Origin: Octopus vulgaris
Taxonomy: Eukaryota
DNA length: 64,000 nucleotides
NCBI GenBank assembly: GCA_951406725.2
Contig: OX597828.1
Location: 2,170,001-2,234,000, forward strand
Direction: 5' to 3'
This document shows, piece by piece, positions 51,078-64,000 of this stretch (position 1 is its first letter; every line of letters starts with the position of its first letter). The notes beneath the pieces were generated by a model that was given only the letters and a program-made list of their open reading frames with translations, ran no database searches and had not been told where the DNA came from. Both the position numbers and the translations under genes were made by a program.

Positions 51078-52072
51078 AACATTCGGACAACATAGACGAT
51101 ACAAAGGCGGACAGTAGAAACAACAATTAGAAGGACAGGCAAAAATAGACGGGTCATTCGTGGCCCTCTTTCCTCAGTCTAGTATATCAAAAGTCCTTAC
51201 TGTTTTGGGCAGTTACACTTGAGACAGTTAATGTTTTATTGTCCTCTATTGGGTCTTTGCTCCATTTTTTATTTCTATATTTTTTATACATATATATACA
51301 TATATCAACGGCGGTGCATCAGCATGGCCGCAGCTCTGAGCTGAAACAAGAAAAACGAAAAAAAAAAAGAAATAGCGGCGTACGCACACACTTGTACTCA
51401 CCTTATAGTAGGCATGTATCTAAATTTTGTACGATTCTTACTCTATCTTTTAGCCACCCGCAGACTTTCTTCCTCTTGTCTTTTTCTCGCTTCCCCTTTC
51501 TTTTTCACATTTCTTGGTCCTCTTTTTCTTTAACTCCCACTTTTTCTTCCTCGTTTATCTCCCCTGTACCTTTCCCTCAGTCTCTGATTTTTTTTCTAAT
51601 CCTTCAATTCCACTGACCTCTACCCCTCTCTCTTCCTTCCACGTGACCGGTGTCCGGCCAGCCATGATCTTTATTTCTTGGCCTGACTGCCGACCGCCAA
51701 TACCTCTTATGTCCATCTCCTATGTTCCTGCCTTTAGGCTTTCATTTCATACACGCCAGCTCAATTTTATTCATTCTAGGTCGAAGGACACCTGTTGTTA
51801 TATTCTTGTTGTCTGTATTTGTAATTGTGTACCATGTTCTCTGTTTTTTGTCTTTGTTGCTGTACACATTTCTTATATAAAAGTCTAAAGCTTTTAGCTT
51901 AGACTTTGGGGGGACCAGATCGAACCGTCTCAAGTGTAACTGCCCGAAACAGTAAGGACATCTGGTATACTTGACGGAGAAAAAAGCCACGAATGAACCG
52001 TGTTTTTTGCCTGTCCTAATTGTGGTTTGGTTTCTCCTGTCCGCCTTTGTATCGTCTATCTGCCCGAATGTT
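51078..52072. repeat. Inverted repeat (~150-bp arms, ~700-bp spacer), PLE-tail-like
   Basis: 51078-51225 is the diverged reverse complement of 51927-52072. The right arm contains GAAAC-A-GTA-AGG, a possible hammerhead 3' half. A related fragment lies at ~10758-10850. Confidence 0.75.
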
Positions 52073-52109
52073 TTATTGTCTTCTATTGCGTTTTATTCCA
52101 TTTTATATT

Positions 52110-52238
<129 letters not shown>

Positions 52239-52241
52239 GTA

Positions 52242-53495
52242 TTAGTTTATCTCACATGAAGTGTCGCATTTGAAAAAGGAAACATTAAAATTGTTTTTGA
52301 AGTTTTAGGATAATTTTCTTATCTAATCAAAATATGATTCTTGTTCATTTATGTCTTTCATCCAACGTTCCTCTAAGTCATATATTCCATCTTCAAAGAA
52401 TTTGAAATCTTTTACACTGATAAACTGTTCAAGTACTTTAATTACCACTTCTTTATTTAAGAATGTGTTATAGCGTATAGCAAGCTCGAAGTGCTTAAAT
52501 ATGTTATATTCAGTAGGTGAGTTATCAGGAGAATAAGGAGGATGTGCCAAAATTTAGGCTTTGCAACTTGTGGACAGGAGCTTCATAGGTGTGAGGCTAT
52601 GCATTATCATGAAACCACCTCTATTCCCTAATCTGGGTTGCTTCCTTTTTAATTTTTCATGCATACAATCAATTTCCTGACAATTCGATTTTGCTGTTAA
52701 AATTTTTCTTTGTTGCAAAATGAATAATGCATAACCCCCTTTGTTGTCCACCATACAGTGACCATCAACTTTTTAGGGTGCAATGGTAGTTGTTTTGTGT
52801 AGTGTTTTGGTGACTCTCCTGCATCTAAGCACTGTCCTGTCCTCCTGCTGTTATCAAAGAGTATCCATTTCTCATCACACGTAATGAGTTGATACAAAGA
52901 GGGTTCTCTTTCCAACTGAGAAATCAACATGGAACACACTGTAAGGCGTCAGTTTCTTTGAATGTCATTATTGTGATGGGAAACAAGCCTATCCATCTTT
53001 TTGACGTTTCCAATTTTCTTCAAGTGTTGAGAAGCAGTTGCAGGAGATGTCTGGAGCTCTGGTCCGATGTTTCGGTCCGTTGTTCTCGGATTTCGTTTAA
53101 CCAAAGCATTACATTCATCATGCCAAATAACTTGATTTTGGTCTCCCTCTTGGTTCATTTTTAAGGCTTTCATTTCCTGAATGAAATCTTTGGCACCATC
53201 TCTGAACAGTTCTAATGTCAACTGAATCATTACCAAAAGCCCGCTTAATGCTTCGTAGAGCTTCGGTGGCAGAGTGACCCAATTTGTATTCATACAAGAA
53301 AATCACTCGGTATTGTTCAGTTGCCAACATTGTCATAAGAGCTGTGGGTAGCAATTTTGAATAATAGTATTGTCTAGAAAGAAAAAGACTTAAGAGTAAA
53401 CACAAGCATATACATAGAAACTCATTAAAAATCCATTTATAGATGACTCATAAGAAACCCATTTAAAATACGACATTTCATGTGAGACAGCCTAA
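52242..53495 (-). mobile_element. Near full-length degenerate mariner
   Basis: TIRs TTAGTTTATCTCACATGAAGTGTCG / CGACATTTCATGTGAGACAGCCTAA, flanked by TA. RVIFLYEYKLG, EPRGRP, ITCDEKW and HPPYSPDNSPTEY motifs. Confidence 0.93.
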
Positions 53496-53504
53496 TATAT
53501 ATAT

Positions 53505-54281
53505 CAGAGGCGACTCCAGGTCATCAGCGTCACTCGGGCTCATTACAGATTTTTCATAAGACGCATACCTGCTCGAAGAATTTCACATTTTCCCCCTTCA
53601 TTTCTAGTCCCAAATGGCTTATTTTTTTATACCCATAGCACTATGTCTTCCTCCATTTCTAAGTTAAGGGTAAAAATAAAGCAACCCTACAAATCACAAC
53701 TGACCTTTACACACTGATGCACAGAATAACAGCAATCAAATAACGACAGCGGAGTACACATCAAACATCAGCGATCTGACTGTCGCCTGTACTCTTGACA
53801 AGAGATGCCAGTTAGTCTTTTACACCTACCAGGTTCTTTGGTATTAGCCCGAGTTGCTGAATAAATTTTCGTTCCTTTCAGAATATTGTAGAACGAAACA
53901 GTTCATAGTTTGGAATTTAAATCGTAACCTCTATAGAAATGTGTTGTTTCAAGAAAACATTGAATTTGAGTTACTTTTAATTTTTACGATTATAGATAAT
54001 AACTTGTGCTGTAACTTCTAAGTCCGAGTCAGGCGCGTGTGAACGATGTGGAGGGAACGTCTGCTACGAACGATATTTTTGACTTAGGACACCTCTAAGA
54101 CAACCGTCAGACGCTGAACGAAAGTAAATGAACAACGACCAGGCTCAATAAAAGGAGTCCGAGTTATTGGTTACAATTACCTACTTCAAGTCAGAAATTG
54201 ATTCAACTTGCAAATACACGTTCACTTTACCAAATTTATATTCGGGCTAAAGCCCGAACAGCCCGAGTGCCGGAGTCGCCA

Positions 54282-54284
<3 letters not shown>
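53505..54284. mobile_element. Non-autonomous TIR element (hAT-like MITE)
   Basis: Termini CAGAGGCGACTCC / GGAGTCGCCACTG plus subterminal CACTCGGGCT / AGCCCGAGTG. Inserted in (TA)n. Confidence 0.7.
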
Positions 54285-54318
<34 letters not shown>

Positions 54319-54530
54319 ATTCAAAATGTGACCGCGTGTGTACCGTTGGCGATTTCTTTTCCTCCGTCTTCCCTTCTCTGGATCTTTCCTTTTCCTATGT
54401 TTCTGACGAAGAGCTCCGCTCGAAACGTAAAACCCTCCTTCTTCCCTTCCTTCCTGAGCGTCCAATAATACTATATTCGTTCCACGTCCTCGCGTTGTTG
54501 TGTTTTCTCTTGGTGTTTTCATGTTTGGAT

Positions 54531-54535
<5 letters not shown>
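54319..54535 (+). mobile_element. Family A hammerhead-bearing repeat, copy 3 (intact core)
   Basis: GUUU-CUGACGA(54403)-A-GAGC-UCC-GCUC-GAAAC-GUA-AAAC(54433). Minimal palindromic stem III ACGU. Flanked by (TA)n. Confidence 0.85.
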
Positions 54536-54599
<64 letters not shown>

Positions 54600-54611
54600 G
54601 TGTGTGAAGAG

Positions 54612-54655
<44 letters not shown>

Positions 54656-54662
54656 GCATATG

Positions 54663-54738
<76 letters not shown>

Positions 54739-56789
54739 CACAGAAAGAGATGAGGAGAAGAGAGTGAGAGAGAGAGTGTGTGATTATAATTCGTGAATTT
54801 GAAAGACTCACAGACAGAGTTTCGTATCTGTAAGTCAGCCGAGTGGAGAAAGACGTAGACAGAAGTAAATCTATGAACAAATTAGCTGACACATTCGCAG
54901 ACATCGACTAATAGGCTGCCATACATAAACCTGTTAGTCTGTACACCCGCATATGCAAACAAATCTTCAATGGAATGCAATGCTCGTAAGTTAGTGAATT
55001 TAATAAGGGGTAAGAGGAGGAAAAGTTGGATTGCCAGTAAAATTTTGCTCACATTTTATTTCAAGAGAGGCAAATGTTACAAGTATCACATATTTGTCGA
55101 CAACGTCCTCACTGGTCGATAGTTCGTATCTTTTAATCATTGCTGTACTTTATCTCGACCATAATATACATTTAGTTCTCAGCATTCCAGTTCACCAAGT
55201 TATAGATATGGGAACTGTGTATAATTGAGAGTAATTAATTAGCTTCAAGTGGCAGGGTCAAATTTTCTCACGGTTAAAATCTGTGATACGTTTGAAATAT
55301 CTTTCAATGACTTGGAAAATAGGATAATATATAGCTTATTTAATTAACTGCAGTAGTTAGAAAGTAAATAAAAATATCAAGTTTCGTCTTGAGCTAAAAT
55401 CATAGCAACTCAGATATGCCACCCGGTTTCGATTCCCAGTTCGAGCATGATTTATATTTTAAGTTTGGCCTTGAGCATAAGAGAATTACTTTCTTACAGA
55501 GGCTTGTCTAAAACAAAACAAATATATTAAAAGACATATGAAATGCTGAGGTTAATGCCTTGCCCGGGGGAACTATCAGATTTCACTGTTTCTGTCTGTA
55601 GTATCGAAATCAACCAGTCGAGAACGTATCCATTCACATATCTACAGGGTTCTCCAAAAAGTGAAAGTTATCACGAATTAAGGCTTTTCTATGTGTATTT
55701 GTGACGAGGGCAAAAAGTGATTTCGAAATAAGGAAACACATTCGCTACATAATTCAAATAATTTCTCTCTCTAGATACTGTGAGAATTAGATGTCGTATT
55801 ACATGACTATGTTTAATGAATATTTCATAAATATTAATCATATTTAATATAATTGTTAAGTATATAAACATATACTATCTGAAATTTGAAGGCGGGAAAG
55901 CGAGACTGGTAGGATTTATGTCCTTCTGGATCATGAAGACCTCATGCAGAGTTTGCACGTACAGCACTCATATGACACACTGAGTGCAAAATTTAGTTTG
56001 TGTTGTTCATGCTGTTTTCGAATGCATTAGCAATGAAACTGAAATTAGTTACAGTAGGAAATTAAAACCGAGTTGCTGAGTTCTGTTAGTGTACAGTCGT
56101 ATACTTGTATATATTGATATATTTATTTCGAGTCTGACGTAATTTTAGCAAAATCAGTAATTTAGGATATCCTGTTTATACACTAATCTCTTTTTAGTCT
56201 CAACGATGCATTTAGAATGTATGGTAATGTTTAATATACTGTATAGGTATGTGATATCTTCAAAAAATATTTTATAAAGTACCTCTTCGAAATCTTGAAG
56301 CAATATTTACAGTGGAGTAGTAGTTTTCAATGGACATCCATTTACAATCTCATTGATGTATTTTCTCTTACTAGATTCAATAAAGCATGTATTTACAATT
56401 ATGACTTCTTACTTCGTTTGTCTTGATATTGGCCAGGCCCTCAAAGACCTGTTTAGAGAACTATTCAGGTGGGAGTTGAAAGGAGCAATCGTCAATAACC
56501 GATGGTGCTTATCCCTGAAAAAGGTTATGAGATTAGAGTCGATAAGGTTTTGTAAGGAAATAGTGATTAGAAATTCTAAACAAGTGATAGAGCTAGTTAA
56601 GAACTAAGAAAAAGCGTTTAGGAAAGGCATTGCGATTGACGTACTAGCTGCGAACTTGGCCCACTTTCATTTTTCAACTGCAAAGCACGAAGGCTGCATT
56701 TTCTGAAGAAGGACGCATGCTCTACGACTTGGGGAAACGAAAATCTTTCGATGTATCCGGCTTTCAGAGATGCAACATAGCAACAAAGC

Positions 56790-57490
56790 CACAATTCTGT
56801 CATTGATTGATTAGGAGGGGTCACGTGCTATTTGATTTTAAGCAGATGTGAGCAGCTTCTCATTGACACTTCACTCTGTTGCTTGTGAATGTTGAGAAGG
56901 CAGAGAAGGAAGTAAACTTCATCTACCACGAAATGAGGTATGGTAGTACTGCTGAGAAAGGATTCAAACCATGGAGAAAGTTTGAACAACTGCAGGCCTT
57001 TGCTAAAAGTAGAGTTGACGGTTTTGACCAAGGTGCCAGCTGAAAGGTTGACTCTTGTCGATACCTTCGTGAGATGCACATATACGTTGTCCAAAAGTTC
57101 TATCCACGACAATTTCCACTTCACGCGATACATCAAAGAAAAGTAAACGGAGAACTTGAATGGGTGGATCCTGATCAATTTAGATCAATCTAAAGCTTTC
57201 GATAATGTTGACTTTCAAAAATTGGTAGCTCCTCACGACGGCTGGTTTTGGTCCCCTTTTCAGAAGCTGAATCGCTGCAATGTAGCAGTGACATCTGATC
57301 AGGTGTCAGAGTAAGTGGTCATTTATCGGAAGTGTTCAATACTATACACTCGATCAATCAAGGTTATCTCCTCTCGTCCCATGTGTATACACTAGCACTG
57401 GAGCCACTACTGCAGAAGAGATAACTTTCGAGGAGCATCTCGCTTGAAATAGGATGTGGGAGAGCTGTGTCAGCACATACCGAAGACTTG
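56790..57490 (+). mobile_element. L1/Tx1-like LINE RT fragment
   Basis: VVLLRKD..NNCRPL..VLTKVPAERL..SIHDN (56940-57146) and LINLDQSKAFDNVD (~57170-57212). Degenerate. Confidence 0.8.
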
Positions 57491-58556
57491 GGTAGTAATA
57501 ACAACATCCGCACAACTAGTAACAATGATGGGTCAAAGTAGCAGGATGAGAGTCACTTGTCATCCACAGATTTCTATGTACCATACAGATCACTCCTTTG
57601 AAGTAGTTCCTTCTGTTCATTTTGGAGATGTCATTCTTTAGAAGTTATTCTTTTTTCTAAATTTCATCTCCGGATATTTTATAGATTTTAAAGTTATAAC
57701 TCAACGGTTGGTTTAATTATTATCCTTATGAATGAGCAAGAGAAAGTATATGAAAATGTATATATAGGGTATAATTTGTTTTATTTATTGCATAAGTCTT
57801 TGAGGATATGTGTCGGTGAATTATTCACAAATACTCAAAATGATTGATAAAAGGAAAGAATATGACGAAACGTGACTGATCATATTACTATTGACTGGTT
57901 TACATAAATGACAATGATATCATCACAAAATAAACTAAAATTATTATTATTGAAAACACAGCATTACAATGCATAAAAGTGCAACTGAACGAGAAATTCT
58001 ATATGAGTAAAAAAGTATCACACTATAAATAAACTGAAACCCATAGTTAGTGTATAAAATGACAGTTGCAGCTGTTGAAAGCGAGGCGATGGCTTAATTG
58101 TAGACGAATCGAAGTTTGGTTCTACAACGCTATATTCTTCCCTATAAAATGTACACTTTTGTTCCTGGTACATGATGGTTATACGTTTTCTCGTAGAAGA
58201 CGTATGTCTCAGGTATATGTCAATTGTATGAGATATGTTACATACATTTCAGAACAAAATAATTAAACATATGACATAAGATTCGACAAATAAGACAGAG
58301 TTACGGTTTTGGAAAGGAGGTTTTCAGTAAAGAGATCTCTCATACGTCAACAATTAGCGACAGCGTCAATCAGCTAGCAGAGGAACCATTCGTTATACTC
58401 AATAATGTGGACCCGTATTTCCAGCTTGAGTCCAGAAAAGATTGGTGACAGTACAAAAGATTGGATAAAGCGAAGATGGGAGGGTTACATGAGGTCACGT
58501 AAAAAAGAAAATGACAATAAAAACAGATAACAATAAAATTATAATAATCCTCTCTA

Positions 58557-58757
58557 ATATAGGCACAAAGCCTGAAATATGGGGTGGGGGACTAGTCGAT
58601 TACATCGACCACAGTGTTTCACTTTTACTTAATCTGTCGACCCTGAAAGGATGAAAGGCAAAGTCAACCTCGGCGGAATTTGAACTAAGAACGTAGAGAC
58701 AGACGAAATGCTGTTAAGCAGCTTTCCCGGCATGCTAACGATTCTGCCAGTCTGCCT
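58557..58757 (-). mobile_element. tRNA-derived SINE
   Basis: Same family as 33998-34187. Confidence 0.85.
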
Positions 58758-58759
58758 TC

Positions 58760-58810
<51 letters not shown>

Positions 58811-58841
58811 GTAGTAGTAGTAGTAGTAGTAGTAGTAATAG

Positions 58842-59351
58842 TAACTGATTGGAAGTGTTATCATGTACATTGTTTTGTCTTGGTATAAAAGATGGGCTAC
58901 AGCAAATATTCTGCTCCATACCACAGATTTGCTTGTCAGTTGTTTGACCATAACCAGTTGAGCATGTCCCTTAGTGGCTGACGATATGTGCATCTCTGAT
59001 CACGAGCAGAAGTAGTAGGGGAGCATCATAGTCATATGTTGAGAGGGATTATTTGGGGTTTAAATAATTCACCTCTGGAAACATGGGTGTTACATTTAAC
59101 ATCCTTAAATAACCCTTATTCAAGGACCTTTTGAGTGGGATGGGTTACTCGACCAGAAGAAAATTCTAACTGGACCCCACCTGCAAGGTCATGTGCTGTT
59201 TATCTTCATATGAGATCACCATATTGCGCACATATGGTTGTGATGCATGTGCCTGGCGTACCCTTATCAGACGGGTAGTCATGATGGGTATACTGGGCTT
59301 CGTATATTTTACCCCAGTGTCACTTTGATGACATGCACTGCTCTCTCACTC

Positions 59352-59395
<44 letters not shown>

Positions 59396-59700
59396 TGATA
59401 ATGATGATGATGATGATGCTCCGATGCAGTACCAGACAGTGGCTCTCGTGGCTTCGGATCTTAACTGATTGGAAGTGTTATCACGTACATTGTTTTGTCT
59501 TGGTATAAAATATGGGCTACAGCAAATATTCTGCTCAATACCACAGATTTGCTTGTCAGTTGTTTGACCTTAACCAGTTGAGCCCTTGGTGGCTGACGAT
59601 ATGTGCATCTTTGATCACGTGCAGAAGTTGAGGGGGAGCATCATAGCCATGTGTTGAGAGGCATTCTTTGGGGTTTGAATAATTCACCTCTGGAAACATG
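58842..59700. repeat. Two tandem copies of an unclassified repeat embedded in (TAA)n microsatellites
   Basis: TAACTGATTGGAAGTGTTATC..CACCTCTGGAAACATG at ~58842-59085 and ~59462-59700. The first copy extends to 59351. Confidence 0.75.
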
Positions 59701-59719
59701 AGTATGCCCGTTCTCTCGG

Positions 59720-62100
59720 ACAATTCTTGCCCTATTCACCCACTCACTTTTCAATAAAATTACTGGGAGGCAGCACTTTCTTCGCCACCCTCACCTTCTT
59801 TTTCATGTGAAACTTGAAAAAGTTGATGAGGGCTTAGCCAAAGAGAAAAGTATCTGTCTTCAGCCCTTTCAACCTAGTTCACCACGAAACCTCTTTCATT
59901 TAGGCCACCAGACAAATAAACATTGCCTGGCTTATCTAGCCAAGAGAAGGCGGCAGGACGTTCTTCATAATTGACTTAGCCGATAGCAGGATCCGTCCCA
60001 CAAATCAGAAATGCTTGGGCGCTGGACGAGAGCGTGCAGAAAAGATTCGTCGCTCTGCGCACATCACGGACAAGCCCGGCTGACGATACATCCATGCTTG
60101 TAAAGTTTATCCCGGATCGGCAATATACCCCGGTAGCACTGCCAAGCTAAGGATTTCTGCGATTCATCCATGAGCCCCGACCTGAACATTCTCTGAAACT
60201 GACTAGCTAGTTGATACTCGTCGACTCCAGAGTTTTCTCGAGAACCTCACCGCACTTGCCCAACATTAACCCTCTATAGAATACGAAAGTGGATCTTCCA
60301 CCGACTGAAAGAGGACTGTGAGCGTTTGACGACACTCCAGGTGCCAGTCGTTCTGCCTTGGTGTACTCTTAATCCAGAACTATAGTTTTCTCAAAGAAAC
60401 GAGTTGTGTGAAAAACGAGTCTGACAAACAGCAACTTCCCCTGCTCATCGTCACGGAAGCGCTGGGGATGAAGCCTCAGCGAATGTCTGCACATCAGCAG
60501 ACATGGTATGCCCAGTTCTCCGTTAAGCGATTGTAGACAACAAATGGAGAGTCTGACTAGTGAAATGCCTCTCCTCCATAGAAAGTGAAAGAGAATGCGC
60601 TCCGGATAGGTCAAACGTAGACTGCAAAGTACGACGGTTAGGTGATAATATATAATGGAGGCAATGAATGCATTCGCCACCTCTGCCCAGCCTTTCAGAG
60701 ACAGCTTTTTCTCTGCGCATTTCTGAGAGAGATTGGTTACCCTTCTTGTCACATTGTTCTAGTTCTTCTTCACTTGGAGATCCAAATCAGACCCCGAGCA
60801 ATTTAACAGGTCCCTCTGCCCAGCATCCCGCGACGTTATTGGACGACATAGAGCAGCTTCTCCTAATGCTGAGCTGCAGGCGCACTGACTTTTCTCAATT
60901 AATTTTTGTTCCTATCATCAACTCGTATTCTTTTAGAGCAGTACCAATCATATCTGTGTCTGATGTTCGACTCTACGACTGTGGCGACGTCCGCATATGC
61001 CGACACGGTTTTTCCTTTGTTGCCTATTATGTGTTATTCACGTTCTAGTTCGCGTGGGACGCCTCTCATCGCCTCCAATTTCCGCAGTAGTTCTAGTACC
61101 AGGAAACACCCTTGACGGACCGAGCGCCTGATGCTGAATGGTTTCGATAAGTAACCATTCAACCGAGCTGCTGAGCTGATGTCGCTGTATACTGAAGCAA
61201 TCCAACCACGAAAAACGGGACCGAAATTCTCAGTCGTGAGAACGGCCGCCAAGTATTGGTGATCGACCCTTTCAAAATCTCTTGATTGATTCAAATTGAT
61301 CAGGACCCCATCCATACCTATTTCTTTACTACCCACAAGGGGCTAAACACAGAGGGGACAAACAAGGGCAGACAAACAGATTAAGTCGATTACATCAACC
61401 CCAGTGCGTAACTGGTATTTAATTTATCGACCCCGAAAGGATGAAAGGTAAAGTCGACCTCGGCGGAATTTGAACTCAGGACGTAACGGCAGACGAAATA
61501 CGGCTACGCATTTCGCCCGGCGTGCTAACGTTTCTGCCAGCTCGCCGCCTTATCCATACCACCTTCTTTATGCACACTGTCGATGATGTTTCGCATGAGG
61601 TGAAGGCTGCCATAGATAGATCTGCTTGAAATGACGCATGTTTGCGCATAAAAATTCGCTTCCTTGAAGACTAGTGGAAACCTCTTCGCTAACACCTTGG
61701 TCAAAACTTTGATATCTACGTTCAGCTTTTCTGTTTAATCCCTCTCGTTTAGGCTTTTCTTAGCAGTGCCACTGCTCCGCGACTCAGAGAACTAAGACTT
61801 GTCCCCTTATGTTGCCAGTTGCAGTAAATATCTGCCAAGAGACCGCCAAACAAGACTGGCATATGAAAATGAAGCTCGTAGGGCAGACCATCCAAACCAG
61901 GCGATTTGCCCCCACCCCAATGTAGCTCATCGCATCCCGTATTTCCGTGGTTAACATCAGCCTTTAGCAACATTTCGTCTCTCTTACCGAGATTCGTGAC
62001 ATGCCGTCGGTGTAGGCACTAAAGTCCATCCTGCGTTCCGGACTGCCATTCGTCCCAAACAGTTGAGCAAAGTGCTACTGAAATTCCGCACACATAATGT
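59720..62100 (-). mobile_element. Tx1-like LINE (degenerate RT and C-terminal region), copy 1
   Basis: GKSPGLDGLPYE (61749-61973), LINLNQSRDFERVDH..SVRQGC (61034-61336), AYADVA and LSLKGWAEVAN (60369-60752). Confidence 0.88.
61319..61551 (-). mobile_element. Intact SINE with a 9-bp target-site duplication
   Basis: ATCCATACC at 61310-61318 and 61552-61560; head GGCGGCGAGCTGGCAGAAACGTTAGC. Confidence 0.9.
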
Positions 62101-62104
62101 TTTC

Positions 62105-63232
62105 TTTATTGGCCACAAGGGCCGAACACAAAACAAATAGGGACAATACAACACGAGGAACAAGTGGGGGTTGGCTCAATGTCGAGTATAAAATAAATAA
62201 CAATAACAATTAACAATAAAATTAAACAACAAAAATTCCCCAAAAGGTGGGGAGTTCTTCTCAAGAACAATCGAGGAATCCCACACATCCTGGTTTCCCC
62301 GAACGCCAGGGACAGCTCAGCAGGTGCCACTCTCCTGAATTCCTTCGGTTTACAAGCTTTGCTCAGAGTAGGCCCATTCACACAGGTCATTTTCACAACA
62401 GTCACCGACCTTTCAACAAAAATATTAGGGTGGCGTGGGGAATAGGCTATACTTCCCACTTCACCCTCACTTTCTTTCTCAGTTGGAACTTGAAAATGTC
62501 GATGAGGGCTTGGCCGAAGAGGAAAGTGTCTGTCTTCAGTCCTTTCAGTATCGTTTACCACACTACCTTCTTCGCCACAGTCACCAGACACATGAAAACT
62601 GGTTTTCCTTCCCGGCCAAAAGAAAGCGGCGGGGCATTCATCACGATAAACTCGGCTAATAATTGGATCTGTCCTGCACGCGTCAACACCTATTCGAGAA
62701 AGTTCCACAAGTCAGAAATGCCCGGACACTGGGTGAGTGATTGCAGGACGGTTTCGTTGCCCTGCGCACATCTCGGACAAGTCCGTCTGACAGCACTTCT
62801 GTATCGGTAGAGCTTTTCTCGAACCGACAGAGCTCCTTGGTAGCACCGCCAGGTTAGGGATTTCTCGAAATTATCCATAGGCCCCCGACCCGAAAGTCTT
62901 CCGGAAAAGACCAGGTAGTTGATATCTCGTGAGGCCCAGAGTTTCCCTGGGGATATCGTCGCTCTTGCTCGACACTAATTCTCTATAGAACTCCATTGTG
63001 GTGCTTCTACCGACTGCACTGCCCGGTTAGCAGAAGACTGTAAGCGCTTGCCGAAAATCCAGATAGTAAGTGCCCTTTTTCGGTCTACGCTTGATCCTGG
63101 ACTGTAGTTCCGTCAGTGAGACGAGCTGTGAAAAATTGTCTGACAAACGGTGACCACACCCGCACACCGTTAAGAAAATACTGGAGATGTCGTAGCCTCA
63201 GCGCATGTCTGCACATCATTAGCCACGGTATG
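62105..63232 (-). mobile_element. Tx1-like LINE 3' fragment, copy 2
   Basis: SLTWRCYQGALSVREKL..CPRC..ETVLQSLTQCP (zf-RVT-like, 62690-62878) and a T-rich 3' UTR at 62105-62240. Confidence 0.85.
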
Positions 63233-64000
63233 CAAAACATTAAAATCCAACGACATAAAAGACAAAAACAGGCCGATGCAATGGGTTTTACCGTGTGTAC
63301 ACAATATAATAACAATAAAAATTAAACAAATTAAAACTCCCAATAGGGGAGGCGCTTTAAGGTCCTCGTGGAAAAACCGACAAAAGCCACGGGTGCCTAA
63401 ACAAAGGGCAAGATCCCTTCTTTTTTTTACAGGTGCACGCTCAGAATTGGTCCTTTCACACTGGTCATTTTTTCAACATTCACCCATGTTTCAACAAACT
63501 TTCTGCAAGGCAACACTCCCCTCTCCACCCTCAACTTCCTTTTCGAGTGAAACTTGGCCAAAGAGGAAAGTGCCTGACGTTAGCCCTTTCAAACGGGTCC
63601 ATCAAACTACCTCTTTCGCTACAGCCACTAGACAAATAAAAATTGTTTCCCCTCCCAGCCAAAAGAGAGCGGCGGGGCAATCCTCACAATTGATTCAGCT
63701 AATAGCCGGATCCGTCTTACACGCGACAACAGGTGTGCAACATAAATCCAAAGGTCAGCAATACTCGGGCACTGGACTAGGGCGTGCAGAACGGTTTCAT
63801 CGTGGCTGTAAATTTTATGCCGAACAGGCAGTGCCCCTGGAAGTTATCCACAAGCCCAGGCCCAAAAGTTCTCCGAAACAGACCGTTTAGTTGATCTTCA
63901 TCGACGCCCATTTATATCCCCAAGAACGTCGTCGCACTTTCCATCCACTAGCCCTCTATAGAACGTTAGAGTGGAACTACCACCGACCGCATTGCCCACC
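63233..64000 (-). mobile_element. Tx1-like LINE 3' fragment, copy 3 (runs off the window)
   Basis: Homologous to copy 2 (GGCCAAAGAGGAAAGTG..AGCCCTTTCAA block, ETVLH..CP), with a similar 3' UTR at 63233-63350. Confidence 0.8.

Overview
AT-rich, microsatellite-dense animal intronic or intergenic DNA. The tRNA-derived SINEs and repeat mix resemble an octopus or other coleoid cephalopod genome (inference). I found no credible host exon, and most ORFs in the track are microsatellite artefacts. The window is mostly decayed transposons: three near-full-length mariners, R4/Dong-, HERO-, RTE- and Tx1-like LINEs, a Gypsy pol remnant with its 3' LTR, Helitron-like and hAT-like non-autonomous elements, several Penelope-like (PLE) RT/GIY-YIG fragments and many SINEs. 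The main signal is a young, non-coding tandem array at 47037-49885. It has about 5.3 near-identical 536/537-bp units, with a complete type I hammerhead ribozyme (CUGACGA...GAAAC-AAUU-GUC, palindromic stem III) at every junction. This is the architecture of a circular-RNA retrozyme. At least seven other, sequence-unrelated short repeat families also carry type I hammerhead motifs, often inside fold-back inverted repeats.
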